A stretch of DNA of 64,000 bases from Fimbriimonadales bacterium (GTDB lineage: Bacteria; Armatimonadota; Fimbriimonadia; Fimbriimonadales; GBS-DC), in NCBI GenBank assembly GCA_046294565.1, contig JBKBKS010000001.1, positions 9,400-73,399 of the forward strand, in the 5' to 3' direction. A program made the translations under genes and the position numbers. How positions within the stretch are numbered: position 1 is the first letter of the stretch; each line of letters starts with the position of its first letter. This document shows, one piece after another, positions 36,805 to 46,884 of the stretch. The notes under the pieces are model-generated. The model was not told the DNA's origin, searched no databases, and was given only the letters and a program-made list of their open reading frames with translations.

Positions 36805-37980
36805 ATGGACTCTCACGGCGACGCACTGGAGCGTTGGCGACTGATATTGGGTAGGCGCGCGGAGCAGGCGAACCCGATGTTTCGGCTGGGCGGCGGCGAG
36901 GGTCAGGCGCAGGGCGATGGCAGCAGCTTGCAACGCGCCCTGCCCGTCTCGATGAGCCTCACTGCGCTGGACAACGCGCTCAGCTTCGTCTACGATGGCG
37001 GCGGGCGGCTCGGCGGCACCGGGGATAGCCGACCCTACATCCCCCAGTGGCTGGAGCAGATGCGCACGCTGTTCAACCAGTCCACCCTCGCAATGGTGCA
37101 ACGCGACGCCTTCGAGCGCACAGGCTTGGCAGAGCTGCTCCTGCAGCCCGAACTGTTGCCGAAACTCCAGCCCGATGTGCAACTCGCCGCCACAATCCTG
37201 AGCCTCAAAGAGCAGGTTCCCGACACTGTGAAGCAGGCGGCGCACGACCTGATACGAAATGTGGTCGATCAGCTCCGACGCAAGTTGGAGACGCAGGTGC
37301 GTCAGGCAGTGTTCGGCGCGCTCCAACGCAATCGCTACTCGCCCATCCGCTCCGCGCGCAACCTCGACTGGCGTCGCACCCTGCGCAACAATCTCAAGAA
37401 CTACCTGCCCGAACGCAAAACCATCATCCCCGAACGGCTCTACTTCTGGGCGAACGAACAGCGCTTCCGCGACTGGCAAATCATCGTGCTGGTCGACCAG
37501 AGCGGCAGCATGGCGACCTCAGCCATCTACGCCAGCATCATGGCGTGCATCTTCGCCTCGCTGCAGGTGCTGGAGACCCACTTAGTGGCGTTCGACACGA
37601 GCATCGTCGACCTCACGCCGTTCCTGAATAACGACCCGGTGGAGCTGCTGTTCAACTTGCAGTTGGGGGGCGGCACCGACATCGCACAGGCGGTCGCGTA
37701 CGCCGCTCCGCTGGTTAAGAACCCCACCAAGTGTATCTTTGTGTTGATTACCGATTTGTACGAGGGCGGCGACGAGTCGGCGCTGTTGAGCCATCTGCGC
37801 GCCCTGCGCGAGAGCAAGACGCATGTAATCTGCCTGCTCGCGTTGGAGGAGGGCAAGCCCGTCTACAACAAGCCGCTCGCCCGCCAAGTCGCGGCGTTGG
37901 ACATCCCCACCTTCGCAGCGACGCCCGACCGCTTGCTCGGGGTGATGGAACAGATCCTTAAGGGGGCGCGCCGCGCGTAG
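36805..37980 (+). CDS. VWA domain protein (YehP / CoxE-like)
   Basis: N-terminal LERWRLILGRRAE. MIDAS-like VLVDQSGSM...GGGTDIAQAV...ITDLYEGG. Confidence 0.78.
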   Translation: MDSHGDALERWRLILGRRAEQANPMFRLGGGEGQAQGDGSSLQRALPVSMSLTALDNALSFVYDGGGRLGGTGDSRPYIPQWLEQMRTLFNQSTLAMVQRDAFERTGLAELLLQPELLPKLQPDVQLAATILSLKEQVPDTVKQAAHDLIRNVVDQLRRKLETQVRQAVFGALQRNRYSPIRSARNLDWRRTLRNNLKNYLPERKTIIPERLYFWANEQRFRDWQIIVLVDQSGSMATSAIYASIMACIFASLQVLETHLVAFDTSIVDLTPFLNNDPVELLFNLQLGGGTDIAQAVAYAAPLVKNPTKCIFVLITDLYEGGDESALLSHLRALRESKTHVICLLALEEGKPVYNKPLARQVAALDIPTFAATPDRLLGVMEQILKGARRA

Positions 37981-38019
37981 CACGGGGTTCGCGCCACCCG
38001 CCGACGGAGGCATGCGCCG

Positions 38020-39471
38020 ATGCAACCGATGACGCTGGATGAGGTACGCGCACTGTGCGACGCGGCGACCTATCGCAACGCTGAGCAGATAGTCGCGGCG
38101 AACCAACTGCTGCAGTTCGCCCGCTCGGACGACACGCTCTACGCCCAAGTGCAGGGCAGCAAACCCTACACCGTGCGCATCGACTTCAAGCAGGGCGCGC
38201 CTGAGGCGAAATGCACCTGCCCCGCCACGCGCTTCATCAAGTTCTGCAAGCACGCGATTGCCGTGCTAATCGTGTGGGCGCAGTCGCCTGAACGCTTCAC
38301 CTACGGTCAACAAACACTGGTCAGCGAGCCGCCCACGACCCCCAAACGCCGCGGCAAACGCGCCGCCAAAGCCACTGTCGATCGCGCCGAGCTGCAAACG
38401 CAAAGCATCGAGCAGACGCTCAAGATTGTCCAAGACCTCGCCGCGCGTGGGCTGTCGGGCGTCCAAGAGGCGTTTCTGGAGCAACTGCGCGTGCTTGCCC
38501 CGAACTTGGAATCGCTCAAGGCGCGACGCCTCAAACAGGCTGTGGAGCGGCTCATACAAATCATCGACGCCGCCCAAGCCGACCCCGTGAGCGAGGAGCA
38601 ATACACGCGCGCCCTGCTACAGCTGTGGCTGACCGCACGCGCGTTGGAAGAACACTTCGCCGAGCGGCGCACCCTGCCCGCAGAACAGATGGACGAGATG
38701 CTCGGACGCACCTGGCGCGATAAAGACCTGCAGCCGCGCGAGCGCCTGCGCCTGATGGAACTCGCCTACGAGAACATCGAACTCATCACAGGTTTTCGGC
38801 TCGATATCAGCCACCTAATCGACTTGGATACTGGCGAGCTGATGCGCGAGATGAAGATAGCCCTGTTGGACGCGCCCAGCGCGGAGGCGCGCGCGTTCAA
38901 ACCTGCACGCCCCGAACCGTTCCACGCCGTGCGCATCGGCGTCTACCCCGGCTACGCTCCCAAGCGGATTAAAATCTACGAGACGCTGCCCCTGCACACG
39001 CCGATTGCCGAGCTGGTGGCGCAGGCGGCGCAACACGCCCATACCGAGTGGCAACCGCTCATCGAGCAGTATCTACAGCGGCTGTCCGACCCGTTCGCCC
39101 CACGCGAGATGACCTGTCTGCTACGCTACCAGCGCATCGTGTGGCGCGACGGCATGCCATGGCTGTCCGACCTACACGGCGCGCTGTTGCCGCTCACGGT
39201 GGAAACGACGCCCCAGCGATTGCGCTCCCTCAACGAGAGGGGGCAACTCCCCGATATGTCGGCTGCTGAGGCAAATCTTGTAGCAGTTATCTTCGGACCG
39301 ACAGCTCTGAGCGCTAAGAGTGTCCCCCAAGATGGCATGCTACTGCGTCATACTTGGCGCGCGCTGTTCGGCTACTTGGAAGGCGATTCTGCGATTGCGT
39401 TTCGTCCTATCGCCGCCTTGCATGAGATAGGCGCGCTGCCGCTACTGTTGGGAACGCAGCGGCGCGCGTAA
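38020..39471 (+). CDS. SWIM zinc-finger protein (YehQ-like)
   Basis: CTCPATRFIKFCKHAIAV is the CxC-x(n)-CxH SWIM signature near the N-terminus. The remaining ~390 aa have no recognisable motif. Confidence 0.75.
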   Translation: MQPMTLDEVRALCDAATYRNAEQIVAANQLLQFARSDDTLYAQVQGSKPYTVRIDFKQGAPEAKCTCPATRFIKFCKHAIAVLIVWAQSPERFTYGQQTLVSEPPTTPKRRGKRAAKATVDRAELQTQSIEQTLKIVQDLAARGLSGVQEAFLEQLRVLAPNLESLKARRLKQAVERLIQIIDAAQADPVSEEQYTRALLQLWLTARALEEHFAERRTLPAEQMDEMLGRTWRDKDLQPRERLRLMELAYENIELITGFRLDISHLIDLDTGELMREMKIALLDAPSAEARAFKPARPEPFHAVRIGVYPGYAPKRIKIYETLPLHTPIAELVAQAAQHAHTEWQPLIEQYLQRLSDPFAPREMTCLLRYQRIVWRDGMPWLSDLHGALLPLTVETTPQRLRSLNERGQLPDMSAAEANLVAVIFGPTALSAKSVPQDGMLLRHTWRALFGYLEGDSAIAFRPIAALHEIGALPLLLGTQRRA

Positions 39472-39487
39472 GCCCCCGCGCGTTTTT
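39463..39487 (+). terminator. candidate intrinsic terminator after the SWIM gene
   Basis: CGCGCG-TAAGCCCC-CGCGCG followed by TTTTT. Confidence 0.5.
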
Positions 39488-39540
39488 CACTGTGCGCTCG
39501 CTAAGCAGGTATACTACCGGTGCAATCGTCAGGAGGGCGT

Positions 39541-42537
39541 ATGCGTAGGATGGCACTGACGCTGTGGCTGGGACTGCTCTTGCAGGGATACAGTCAACCG
39601 AAGCTCACCCTGCAACCGCTGGAGACCGCGCCGAACCCCAACCTTGTCCGCAACGCCAGCTTCGAGCAGACCGCGAACGATTTGCCTGTCGGCTGGCGCT
39701 GGGATAAACGCAATACCGACTCCAGCGTGCAAGTCGTCGCGGAGTCGGGCGCAACAGGTCAGTTCTGCCTCAAGTTCACCAACACCACGCCGTTTGGCGC
39801 GGACATCTACGGTGTCCTGCGCTACGAGGGCGGCGTCGAGGCGCAGCCGAACACGGTGTATACGCTCAGCTGTCGCTACAAGACGCGCGAGGGTTATGTC
39901 GGCTTCATCGGCGGCGGCGAGGGCTGGCGCGTGCGGCTCCCCCTGCAAGACACGGGCGGACAGTGGAAACGCGCCGAAATCACCTTCGCTACGCGCGCGA
40001 ACGAAACCAACTTCGACCTCGTGATCGTGATTGAAGCCCCCACCGACGGCGTGTGGTTGGACGCCGTGAAGTTAGAGCAAGGCAACCGCGCCACGCCGTT
40101 CACCCCCAGCGAGACGCCTGAACGCCCTATCCTCACACTCGATGACTTGGGCGAGCCAATCTACCTCAGCGCATCGACGGGCGTCGTCGGCTTCGAACTC
40201 TACACGGCGCAGCCGCTGCGCAACGCCGAAATCGAAGTGCAACTCGGCGAGCAGCGCGCTCGACAGCGTGTGAACCTCGCCGCAGGGCATACGCGCGGCG
40301 CGTTCGAATTCAACCCGCCCGCCGCGCCCCAACAGACCCTGCGTATCCAGCTCCGACAGGGCAGGCAGACCCTGTTGCAAACCGAGCGCGCCCTGCGCTT
40401 CTTCACCCGCGCCCTCGCCCAGCAACGCTTGCAAGCCCTGCAAGCGCAACTGCCCAACTGGGAAGCGCAAATGCGCCGCGTGCGCGACGCCAAGCAAGAC
40501 ATCGCCTACCCCCAAGCGAGCCTCACGATTCTTCAGGAGTTCGTGCGCTATGTGAACGAGGATTTGCAGAAGGGTCAACTCCAACGCGCCTATCAGCAAC
40601 TCGACGAGATGGAGCGCGTGGCGGCTCGGCTGAACCAGCGACTCGCTGAAGCGGAAAGCGGGGTGAAACCCCTGCCGACTGTGCCCCGCTATGTGACCTC
40701 GCCCCTCGAAATTCAAGGCGCGTCGCTGATTGCCGACACCGAGAACCCGCTCACTGGCGCACGCGAACGCCGCCCCGTGTTCTTCGTCGGGTTCGGACAC
40801 TTCGGGCAGGTACGCGCCGACATCGAGAAGTTCCCCAAGATGGGTTTCAACCTGATTCAAATCGAGCGCGGCGTGTGGGACATCCTGCCCGAACCCGATC
40901 GGGTGAACCTTCAGGCGATGGAAGAAGATGTGTTGCCCGTGCTGCGTCGCGCTGCCGCCGCCAATGTGAAGGTGGACTACCTCATTAGCCCCCACTATAT
41001 GCCTGAATGGGTTTATCAGCAGTATCCGCACCTCAAGCAGCCGCGCGACGGGTTCATCCGCTACAGCCTGTTCGCCCCTGAGAGCCTGACCGTGCTGCGC
41101 CGCTACATCGATGCGTTCGCCCCCCGACTCAAAGACCAGCCCGCGCTGATGAGCCTCTGCCTCTCCAACGAGCCGATGAATGTGGAGTCGCGCGAATCGC
41201 CGCCGCACCAGCAGGCGTGGCGCGCTTGGCTACAGAACCGACACAAGAACCTGATTACGCTGAACACGCGCTGGAAGACCAACTACCAGAGCTGGGACGA
41301 GATTCCTGTACCTGACGAGGGCGCGGGCGTGATTTACGCTGAGTGGCAAGCGTTCAACGCGGAGACGCTGGCGAACTGGCATCGCGCGTTGGCGGAGGCT
41401 ATAGCGCGCCACCTGCCCGATGTGCCCAAGCATGTGAAACTGATGAGCTGGAGCTTCACCAACGACCGCGAGCTGCCGCGTGGGGTGAACCCCGAACGCT
41501 TCGCTGAGTTCTGCGAGCTCAACGGCAACGACGCCTCTACCTACCCCACCTATGACCGCGACGCGGCGTGGGCGTTCGACTGGGTCACGACCATGCTCGC
41601 GCACGAGTTGCAACGCTCGCTGCGCGACGCGCCTGTGTTCAACTCGGAGCATCACATCATTCGCGACCGCGAGACGCGCTATGTGCCGCCGCAACATGCG
41701 CGCGCCGCGCTGTGGGAAGCCGCCGTGCGCGGGCTGTCGGCGACCACCTTCTGGGTGTGGGAGCGCACCGACGACCCCAACAGCGACTTCGCAGGGAGCT
41801 TGCTTCACCGCCCGGAAATTGTGGAGGCTCTGGCGCACACCACCTTGGATTTGAACCGCCTCGCGCCCGCCGTCGCCGCCTTGCAGAACCAGAAACCCGA
41901 TGTCTACCTGCTCTACTCGCAGCTGGACATGGTGATGCAAGGGGTGGACGCCGTTGTGCCGCGCGATAGCCTCTATATTGCGCTGACGATGCTGGGCGTG
42001 CGCGTCGGGTTCGTTACCGAGCGGCAGCTGGAGACGCGACAGCTGCCCGAAGGCGTCGCGCAGATAATCATTGCGAACACGCAGTACCTCTCGGATGAGG
42101 CGTTCGCCGCGCTGGATCAGCTGCGCCAGCAACGGGGTATTCAGATACTGGGCTTCGGCGAGCCGAACCTTCAGTTCGATCGGTACGGGCGTCGGCGCAC
42201 CTCGCGCCCAGGCGGGGTGACCTTCGAGCGGAACCCCCTCACCGACGCGCGACGCCTGTTCCTGCGCCTGCCGACGCTGCTGGAAAACTGGCAGATTAAG
42301 CGTCCGCTGCGCCTGCTGGGCGAGAACGGGCAACCCGTGTGGGGCGTCGCCTATCGCACGGCGCCCTACGAGAACGGCTTCGTCGCGAACCTCTGCAACT
42401 ACACACGCCAGCCCATCACCGTGCGCCTCGTCAACGCCGAGAACCAACCTATCAAGGCAACTAACCTCATCACAGGCGAACCTGTGGAGGAAACCCTCAC
42501 CCTGCCGCCGTTGGAACCTGTGCTACTCGAATGGTGA
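39541..42537 (+). CDS. large secreted glycoside-hydrolase-like protein (clan GH-A / GH42-like TIM barrel with N-terminal CBM-like domain)
   Basis: Signal MRRMALTLWLGLLLQGYSQ. NASFEQ...GWRW CBM-like domain. ...KMGFNLIQIE... and CLSNEPMN resemble the GH42/GH-A NE acid-base region. SD AGGAGGG before ATG 39541. Confidence 0.5.
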   Translation: MRRMALTLWLGLLLQGYSQPKLTLQPLETAPNPNLVRNASFEQTANDLPVGWRWDKRNTDSSVQVVAESGATGQFCLKFTNTTPFGADIYGVLRYEGGVEAQPNTVYTLSCRYKTREGYVGFIGGGEGWRVRLPLQDTGGQWKRAEITFATRANETNFDLVIVIEAPTDGVWLDAVKLEQGNRATPFTPSETPERPILTLDDLGEPIYLSASTGVVGFELYTAQPLRNAEIEVQLGEQRARQRVNLAAGHTRGAFEFNPPAAPQQTLRIQLRQGRQTLLQTERALRFFTRALAQQRLQALQAQLPNWEAQMRRVRDAKQDIAYPQASLTILQEFVRYVNEDLQKGQLQRAYQQLDEMERVAARLNQRLAEAESGVKPLPTVPRYVTSPLEIQGASLIADTENPLTGARERRPVFFVGFGHFGQVRADIEKFPKMGFNLIQIERGVWDILPEPDRVNLQAMEEDVLPVLRRAAAANVKVDYLISPHYMPEWVYQQYPHLKQPRDGFIRYSLFAPESLTVLRRYIDAFAPRLKDQPALMSLCLSNEPMNVESRESPPHQQAWRAWLQNRHKNLITLNTRWKTNYQSWDEIPVPDEGAGVIYAEWQAFNAETLANWHRALAEAIARHLPDVPKHVKLMSWSFTNDRELPRGVNPERFAEFCELNGNDASTYPTYDRDAAWAFDWVTTMLAHELQRSLRDAPVFNSEHHIIRDRETRYVPPQHARAALWEAAVRGLSATTFWVWERTDDPNSDFAGSLLHRPEIVEALAHTTLDLNRLAPAVAALQNQKPDVYLLYSQLDMVMQGVDAVVPRDSLYIALTMLGVRVGFVTERQLETRQLPEGVAQIIIANTQYLSDEAFAALDQLRQQRGIQILGFGEPNLQFDRYGRRRTSRPGGVTFERNPLTDARRLFLRLPTLLENWQIKRPLRLLGENGQPVWGVAYRTAPYENGFVANLCNYTRQPITVRLVNAENQPIKATNLITGEPVEETLTLPPLEPVLLEW

Positions 42538-42632
42538 GGCAACCAATTGCGGAAAATCGCTCGCCTCGCACAACAGATGCAGGCAAAAAAGAGTTAGTCG
42601 TACCCACAAGACGACGAAACAGGAGGAAGCTG

Positions 42633-43235
42633 ATGAGTAATGTCACGCTAAAAATGCTGACGGAGTACCTCGATCAGTTCGGTTGGAGCCGCTATCAGGC
42701 TGTGGATGAGCCTTTCGAGAAAGAAGGTATCATCTACACAGGATGGCACTCGTCGGCTGAAGAGGCAGGCTACAAGATGACCATCGACCCGATGGTGGAG
42801 AAGGGGTGTCTTTCGTTCCGTGTACCCAAGTTGCTGATGGCGCCTCTGGAAGAGAATCCCGAACGCCTCGACGACCTGACCTTAGCGATAGGCTATATCA
42901 ACTATCGCATCATTCTCGGCAAGTTCGGCTATGACCCGCGCGATGGGGAAGTGCGTTTCTCCGTCGATGTACCTATTGACGAGAACACCTTCACCTTTGC
43001 CCAGTTTGTCCACACGATGGGTGTGGTCATCAAGACCGTAGAGCAGTACGCTCCGAAGCTCCAAGCCATCTGGCGTGGTCGGCTCACTGCGCGCCAGTTC
43101 GTTCAAGAAGATATCGACGCGGAAATGGGACAGCTCCAGTCTGCGATGTTAGGCATGCTGCGCGAGCTGTTAGAAGCGTTGGAGCGCGAGATGGAAAACC
43201 CTGAGAAACGCCGTCCAGACGACGAAGACCAGTAA
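42633..43235 (+). CDS. YbjN-like (putative chaperone/sensory) domain protein
   Basis: 200 aa. TLKMLTEYLDQFGWSRYQAVDE...GIIYTGWHS...LSFRVP pattern with an acidic C-terminal tail. SD AGGAGGA. Confidence 0.45.
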   Translation: MSNVTLKMLTEYLDQFGWSRYQAVDEPFEKEGIIYTGWHSSAEEAGYKMTIDPMVEKGCLSFRVPKLLMAPLEENPERLDDLTLAIGYINYRIILGKFGYDPRDGEVRFSVDVPIDENTFTFAQFVHTMGVVIKTVEQYAPKLQAIWRGRLTARQFVQEDIDAEMGQLQSAMLGMLRELLEALEREMENPEKRRPDDEDQ

Positions 43236-43246
43236 ACCCGGAGCGA

Positions 43247-43288
43247 CCGTCGGGGGGATGCGCCCTGGCGGCGTATCTCCCCCGACGG
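43247..43288. terminator. long hairpin between convergent ybjN-like and serA genes (D-type stem)
   Basis: CCGTCGGGGG...CCCCCGACGG is a perfect 10-bp outer stem. The inner stem GATGCGCC/GGCGTATC is imperfect. Same GTCGGGGG/CCCCCGAC stem as at 50202-50220. Confidence 0.6.
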
Positions 43289-43311
43289 GGAACACTGGAG
43301 CAAGCCCTTTC

Positions 43312-44511
43312 TCAGAGTTCCACCATAGTCGCCGCGAGGATGCACTCGTGTTCACGAATGGCTTGAAGCGTGGCGTGGGAGGGCGCGTTGTCTAACTGGA
43401 TGCGCGCGACTGCCGCCTCCGCGCCTGCGAAGATGATGTTCTCCGTCTCTTGCACATTAATCGCCGCTTCACGCAGGCAGTTGAACACATGCGCCAGCAC
43501 CCCCACGCGATCCAAGTGGCGCACGACCAGCAGGTAGCGCGCGGGCGACTGGTGCGCCAAGTTCACCACATTCGGCACGCGCCCCGTCTGCAGATAGGTC
43601 TGCACGATATGCACCACTTCGGCGGCGATAGCTTCTTGGGCTTGCTGCGTGGACGCGCCGATATGGTGCGTGCCATAGACATTGGGCAAGCGCGCGAGCG
43701 GATGCTCGAATGCCCCCTCGCCTGCACTTGGCTCGCCCTCGAATACATCCAACCCCGCGCGGATATGCTTGTGCTCAATCGCCCACGCCAACGCCTCTTC
43801 GTCCACCACTTCCGAGCGAGCCGTGTTGATGAAATATGCCCCGTTGCGCATCGCCTCGAAGAAAGCGCGATTGCACAGATGTTTCGTGTCGGGCGTCAGC
43901 GCGACATGCACGCTGACGATATCCGCCTCGCTGGCGACATCGAGCGGCGTCGCCCGATAGCCGATGCCCAGCCTCTCCGCGCGTTCAGGCATCAGCGAGC
44001 GGCTCCAGGCGATTACGCGCAGTCCGAACGCTTGGGCGCGAGGGATCATTTCACGCCCGATGTTGCCGACGCCGATTAGTCCGAGCGTGCAGCCGTAGAC
44101 GCCGCGCGCCTCGCTGAACTGCTTCTTGTTCCACTGCCCCGCGCGCAGCTGCGCCACATTGTCGGGGATGCGCCGATCCAGCGCGAGGATTAGCCCAAAC
44201 GCTAGCTCCGCCACCGCAATCGCGTTCTTGCCAGGGCAGTTCGCCACATAGACGCCCCGCCTGCTGGCAGTCGCCACATCGATGGTGTTCACGCCTGCGC
44301 CCGCGCGTATCACCAAGCTCAAATCGCTCGACTCCAGCATCGGCGCGGTGACTTTGGTGGAGCGCACCACCAACACATCGGGGTTGTGCGTGCGTATCGC
44401 CTCCGTCAGCGCGTCCTCTTTGAGGCTGGGGTCGTAAATCACCTGACAGCCTAACGCTTTCAAACCCTCCAATCCGCTCTGCTCGAACTTGTCTGCGACC
44501 AGTATCTTCAT
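43312..44511 (-). CDS. serA: D-3-phosphoglycerate dehydrogenase with C-terminal ACT domain
   Basis: MKILVADKF..., NAD fold GLIGVGNIGREM, catalytic ...THHIGAST, ACT-like C-terminus. Confidence 0.88.
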   Translation of the reverse strand: MKILVADKFEQSGLEGLKALGCQVIYDPSLKEDALTEAIRTHNPDVLVVRSTKVTAPMLESSDLSLVIRAGAGVNTIDVATASRRGVYVANCPGKNAIAVAELAFGLILALDRRIPDNVAQLRAGQWNKKQFSEARGVYGCTLGLIGVGNIGREMIPRAQAFGLRVIAWSRSLMPERAERLGIGYRATPLDVASEADIVSVHVALTPDTKHLCNRAFFEAMRNGAYFINTARSEVVDEEALAWAIEHKHIRAGLDVFEGEPSAGEGAFEHPLARLPNVYGTHHIGASTQQAQEAIAAEVVHIVQTYLQTGRVPNVVNLAHQSPARYLLVVRHLDRVGVLAHVFNCLREAAINVQETENIIFAGAEAAVARIQLDNAPSHATLQAIREHECILAATMVEL

Positions 44512-44580
44512 CGATAGCCTCCGATAAGCTTCAGGCGTTCCGCCGTGCAGAGTATTCGCGAGGGTCGCTCATACTCCTGC

Positions 44581-45090
44581 CTATCGTGGGTCGCGCAGGG
44601 TGGCGAGGCGCCCCTCTTTCGGCAGCGCGCCTGCGTGAGGGATTGCTTCGCGCACCATCACAGGCGTCGTGTCGGGAGGCGGCTGGGGCAAGGGCAACTC
44701 GTCTGCGCTCCATTCCGAGCGGTACACGCGATAGCCGCGCGGTGGGATATTCTCCACCCAAAACGCCAAGTCGAACTGCCAGCGTCGGCTCCCTGCTGGT
44801 AGGGGACGCACGCTGCCGTCGCGCATCCGACACTCAGCAATCGGCTCCAATCGGCTGTGGAGAATCTGGCAAGGCGCACGCACACCGTCGGGCGTCCACA
44901 CAGCCGCAGGGCGCGGCTCTGAGCCTGCCTTGAGCGGCATGTTCACATGCAGCACGGCGACGCCCGTGTAAGGCGCATCGGTCAGGTTCAGCACCAGCAG
45001 CGCGCGATAGTCGCCCTGCGCGTTGGCAAAGCGCGTGTCCACCGCCGTCTCCAGCCTATCCAATAGCTGACGCGCCTCGGCTTCGGTCAT
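44581..45090 (-). CDS. hypothetical protein (169 aa)
   Basis: The start is set at ATG 45090 because GG-TACACT (45102-45097, minus) lies 6 nt upstream. The sequence is faintly reminiscent of GH38 beta-sandwich regions, unverified. Confidence 0.4.
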   Translation of the reverse strand: MTEAEARQLLDRLETAVDTRFANAQGDYRALLVLNLTDAPYTGVAVLHVNMPLKAGSEPRPAAVWTPDGVRAPCQILHSRLEPIAECRMRDGSVRPLPAGSRRWQFDLAFWVENIPPRGYRVYRSEWSADELPLPQPPPDTTPVMVREAIPHAGALPKEGRLATLRDPR

Positions 45091-45147
45091 AGTGAAAGTG
45101 TACCACGCGCGGACTCGGTAAAATCTGGTATCTTTTATAGGTAAGCC

Positions 45148-46884
45148 ATGACAGGGAATGTGCTGGCGGCGCGTTATGAGTTGCTGGAGCAGCTTTCGGA
45201 GGGGCTGCTGTTTCATGTCTATCGCGCCCGCGATTTGACCCGTTCGCGCGTGGTGACGCTGAAAGCCGTGCGCGCGCCGTATGGGAGCAATCCGACCCTG
45301 CTGGACGCGCTGCAGATGGCGCTCGATTCACGGCGTCGCCTGCGCAGTCCGCACCTACTGGAGCTCTACGACGCCGACCTCTCGGCGCAGCCGCCGTTTC
45401 TCGTGGAAGAGTTCGTGCGCGGGCTGGATTTGCACACGCGCATCCGACGCACTGCGCCCTTCACCGTGCCCATCGCGATTGAGATTATGATTGGGATTGT
45501 GGAGGGGTTGCTCGCGCTGCACGATGCGGGGCTAACGCACGGCGACCTGCGCCCTGCGAATGTGCTGGTCGGCTCGGAGTGGCATGTGTGGCTCAACGGG
45601 GTGGCGATGCGCGGGGTGTATCGCGCGGAGCCGAGTTTAGCGGCGGCGCACGAGGCGCGGGCAGCCGCCTACACCGCGCCTGAACTGTTTCGCGGCGGCG
45701 CGCCCAGCGTCGCCAGCGATATCTACGCTTGCGGCGTCATCCTGTTCGAGATGATTACCGCCGCCGCGCCCTTCACAGGCGAGACGCCCGTGCTGATTGC
45801 CGAATCGCACCGGAACGCCCCCATCCCCTCGCTACGGCAACGCAACCCCGCCACGCCGCGCACGGTGGAGGGTATCGTGACCAAGTGCCTGCAGAAAGAC
45901 CCCGCCCAGCGCTACGCCGCCGCGATGCAACTGCTCAACGACCTGAAAGCCGTGCGCGACGCGCTGCGGTTCGGCAAATCACTCGGCTGGTCGCCGATTG
46001 ACCTACCCGACTCTACAGGAGCGAAACCCGCCTCGGGCGACATCTTCGCTCGGAAGCCTGCCCCGCCGCCCCCTGCTGTGGAGGAAGAAGAGGAGGAAGA
46101 CGACATCCCCAAGTGGCTGCGCACGATGATACGGCTCACAGGCGCGCTGGTGGTGTTGGGCTTGGTGATTGGTTTTGCAGCGTGGATGGCGCTGCGCTTC
46201 GTGCCTGAAGACCGCCCCGTGCCGCAGGTGGTGGGCAAAAAGCTCGAGGAGGCGAACCGCATCCTACGCAACGCCGACTTGGAACCCGAAGTGCGACTGG
46301 AGGGCTATAGCGAGCAGTACCCGCCCGGCGTGGTCTACTCCGTCAGCCCGCCTGAAGGGCGCGTGGTGCGCAAGGGCAGCAAAGTGTATCTTTGGGTGAG
46401 CAAAGGCTCGCGCTTTGTGGAAGTGCCGAATGTGAGCCACATGCCCGAGTCGCGCGCCCGCCGCGAGTTGGAGGGGATGGGGCTTGCCGTGATGGACAGC
46501 GTGGAGGAGCGCACACACGCCACCATCCCGTTGGGGCATGTGATTGCCACCGTGCCGCCCGCTGGCGCGCGCATCGACCGCTCGCGCCCAATCAAACTCA
46601 TCGTGAGCGTCGGCTCAGGGGACGAACCTCTCGCGCCCGAACCCGCGCCTGAACCCTCCCCAACCGACGCCAACACGCGCGTCTTCGAAGTCAAAGTAGA
46701 CCTAACCGACCAGCCCGACCGACGCATTCGTATCGAGGTGGAAGACTCTCTGGGCAAACGCATAGCCTTCGATGAGGTGCGCACGGGCGGTCAGGTGCAT
46801 ACGATTCCCGTCGAGGCGCAAGGCGCGCCCGTCAAAATCCGCGTCTATGTAGACGACCAACTGGCACAGGAGATCGTGCGGTAG
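45148..46884 (+). CDS. PASTA-domain Ser/Thr kinase-like protein with degenerate catalytic motifs
   Basis: Kinase fold (VVTLKAV, HGDLRPANVL, YTAPEL, DIYACGVILFEM), one TM segment, then PASTA-like repeats (VPQVVGKKLEEANRIL..., VEVPNVSHMPESRARREL...). Confidence 0.8.
   Translation: MTGNVLAARYELLEQLSEGLLFHVYRARDLTRSRVVTLKAVRAPYGSNPTLLDALQMALDSRRRLRSPHLLELYDADLSAQPPFLVEEFVRGLDLHTRIRRTAPFTVPIAIEIMIGIVEGLLALHDAGLTHGDLRPANVLVGSEWHVWLNGVAMRGVYRAEPSLAAAHEARAAAYTAPELFRGGAPSVASDIYACGVILFEMITAAAPFTGETPVLIAESHRNAPIPSLRQRNPATPRTVEGIVTKCLQKDPAQRYAAAMQLLNDLKAVRDALRFGKSLGWSPIDLPDSTGAKPASGDIFARKPAPPPPAVEEEEEEDDIPKWLRTMIRLTGALVVLGLVIGFAAWMALRFVPEDRPVPQVVGKKLEEANRILRNADLEPEVRLEGYSEQYPPGVVYSVSPPEGRVVRKGSKVYLWVSKGSRFVEVPNVSHMPESRARRELEGMGLAVMDSVEERTHATIPLGHVIATVPPAGARIDRSRPIKLIVSVGSGDEPLAPEPAPEPSPTDANTRVFEVKVDLTDQPDRRIRIEVEDSLGKRIAFDEVRTGGQVHTIPVEAQGAPVKIRVYVDDQLAQEIVR

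Noticed and set aside
40072-42447. Two long minus-strand ORFs (378 and 405 aa)
   Set aside because: They lie antisense to the 998-aa GH42-like gene, which has a signal peptide, an SD and coherent domain motifs. They are shadow ORFs.
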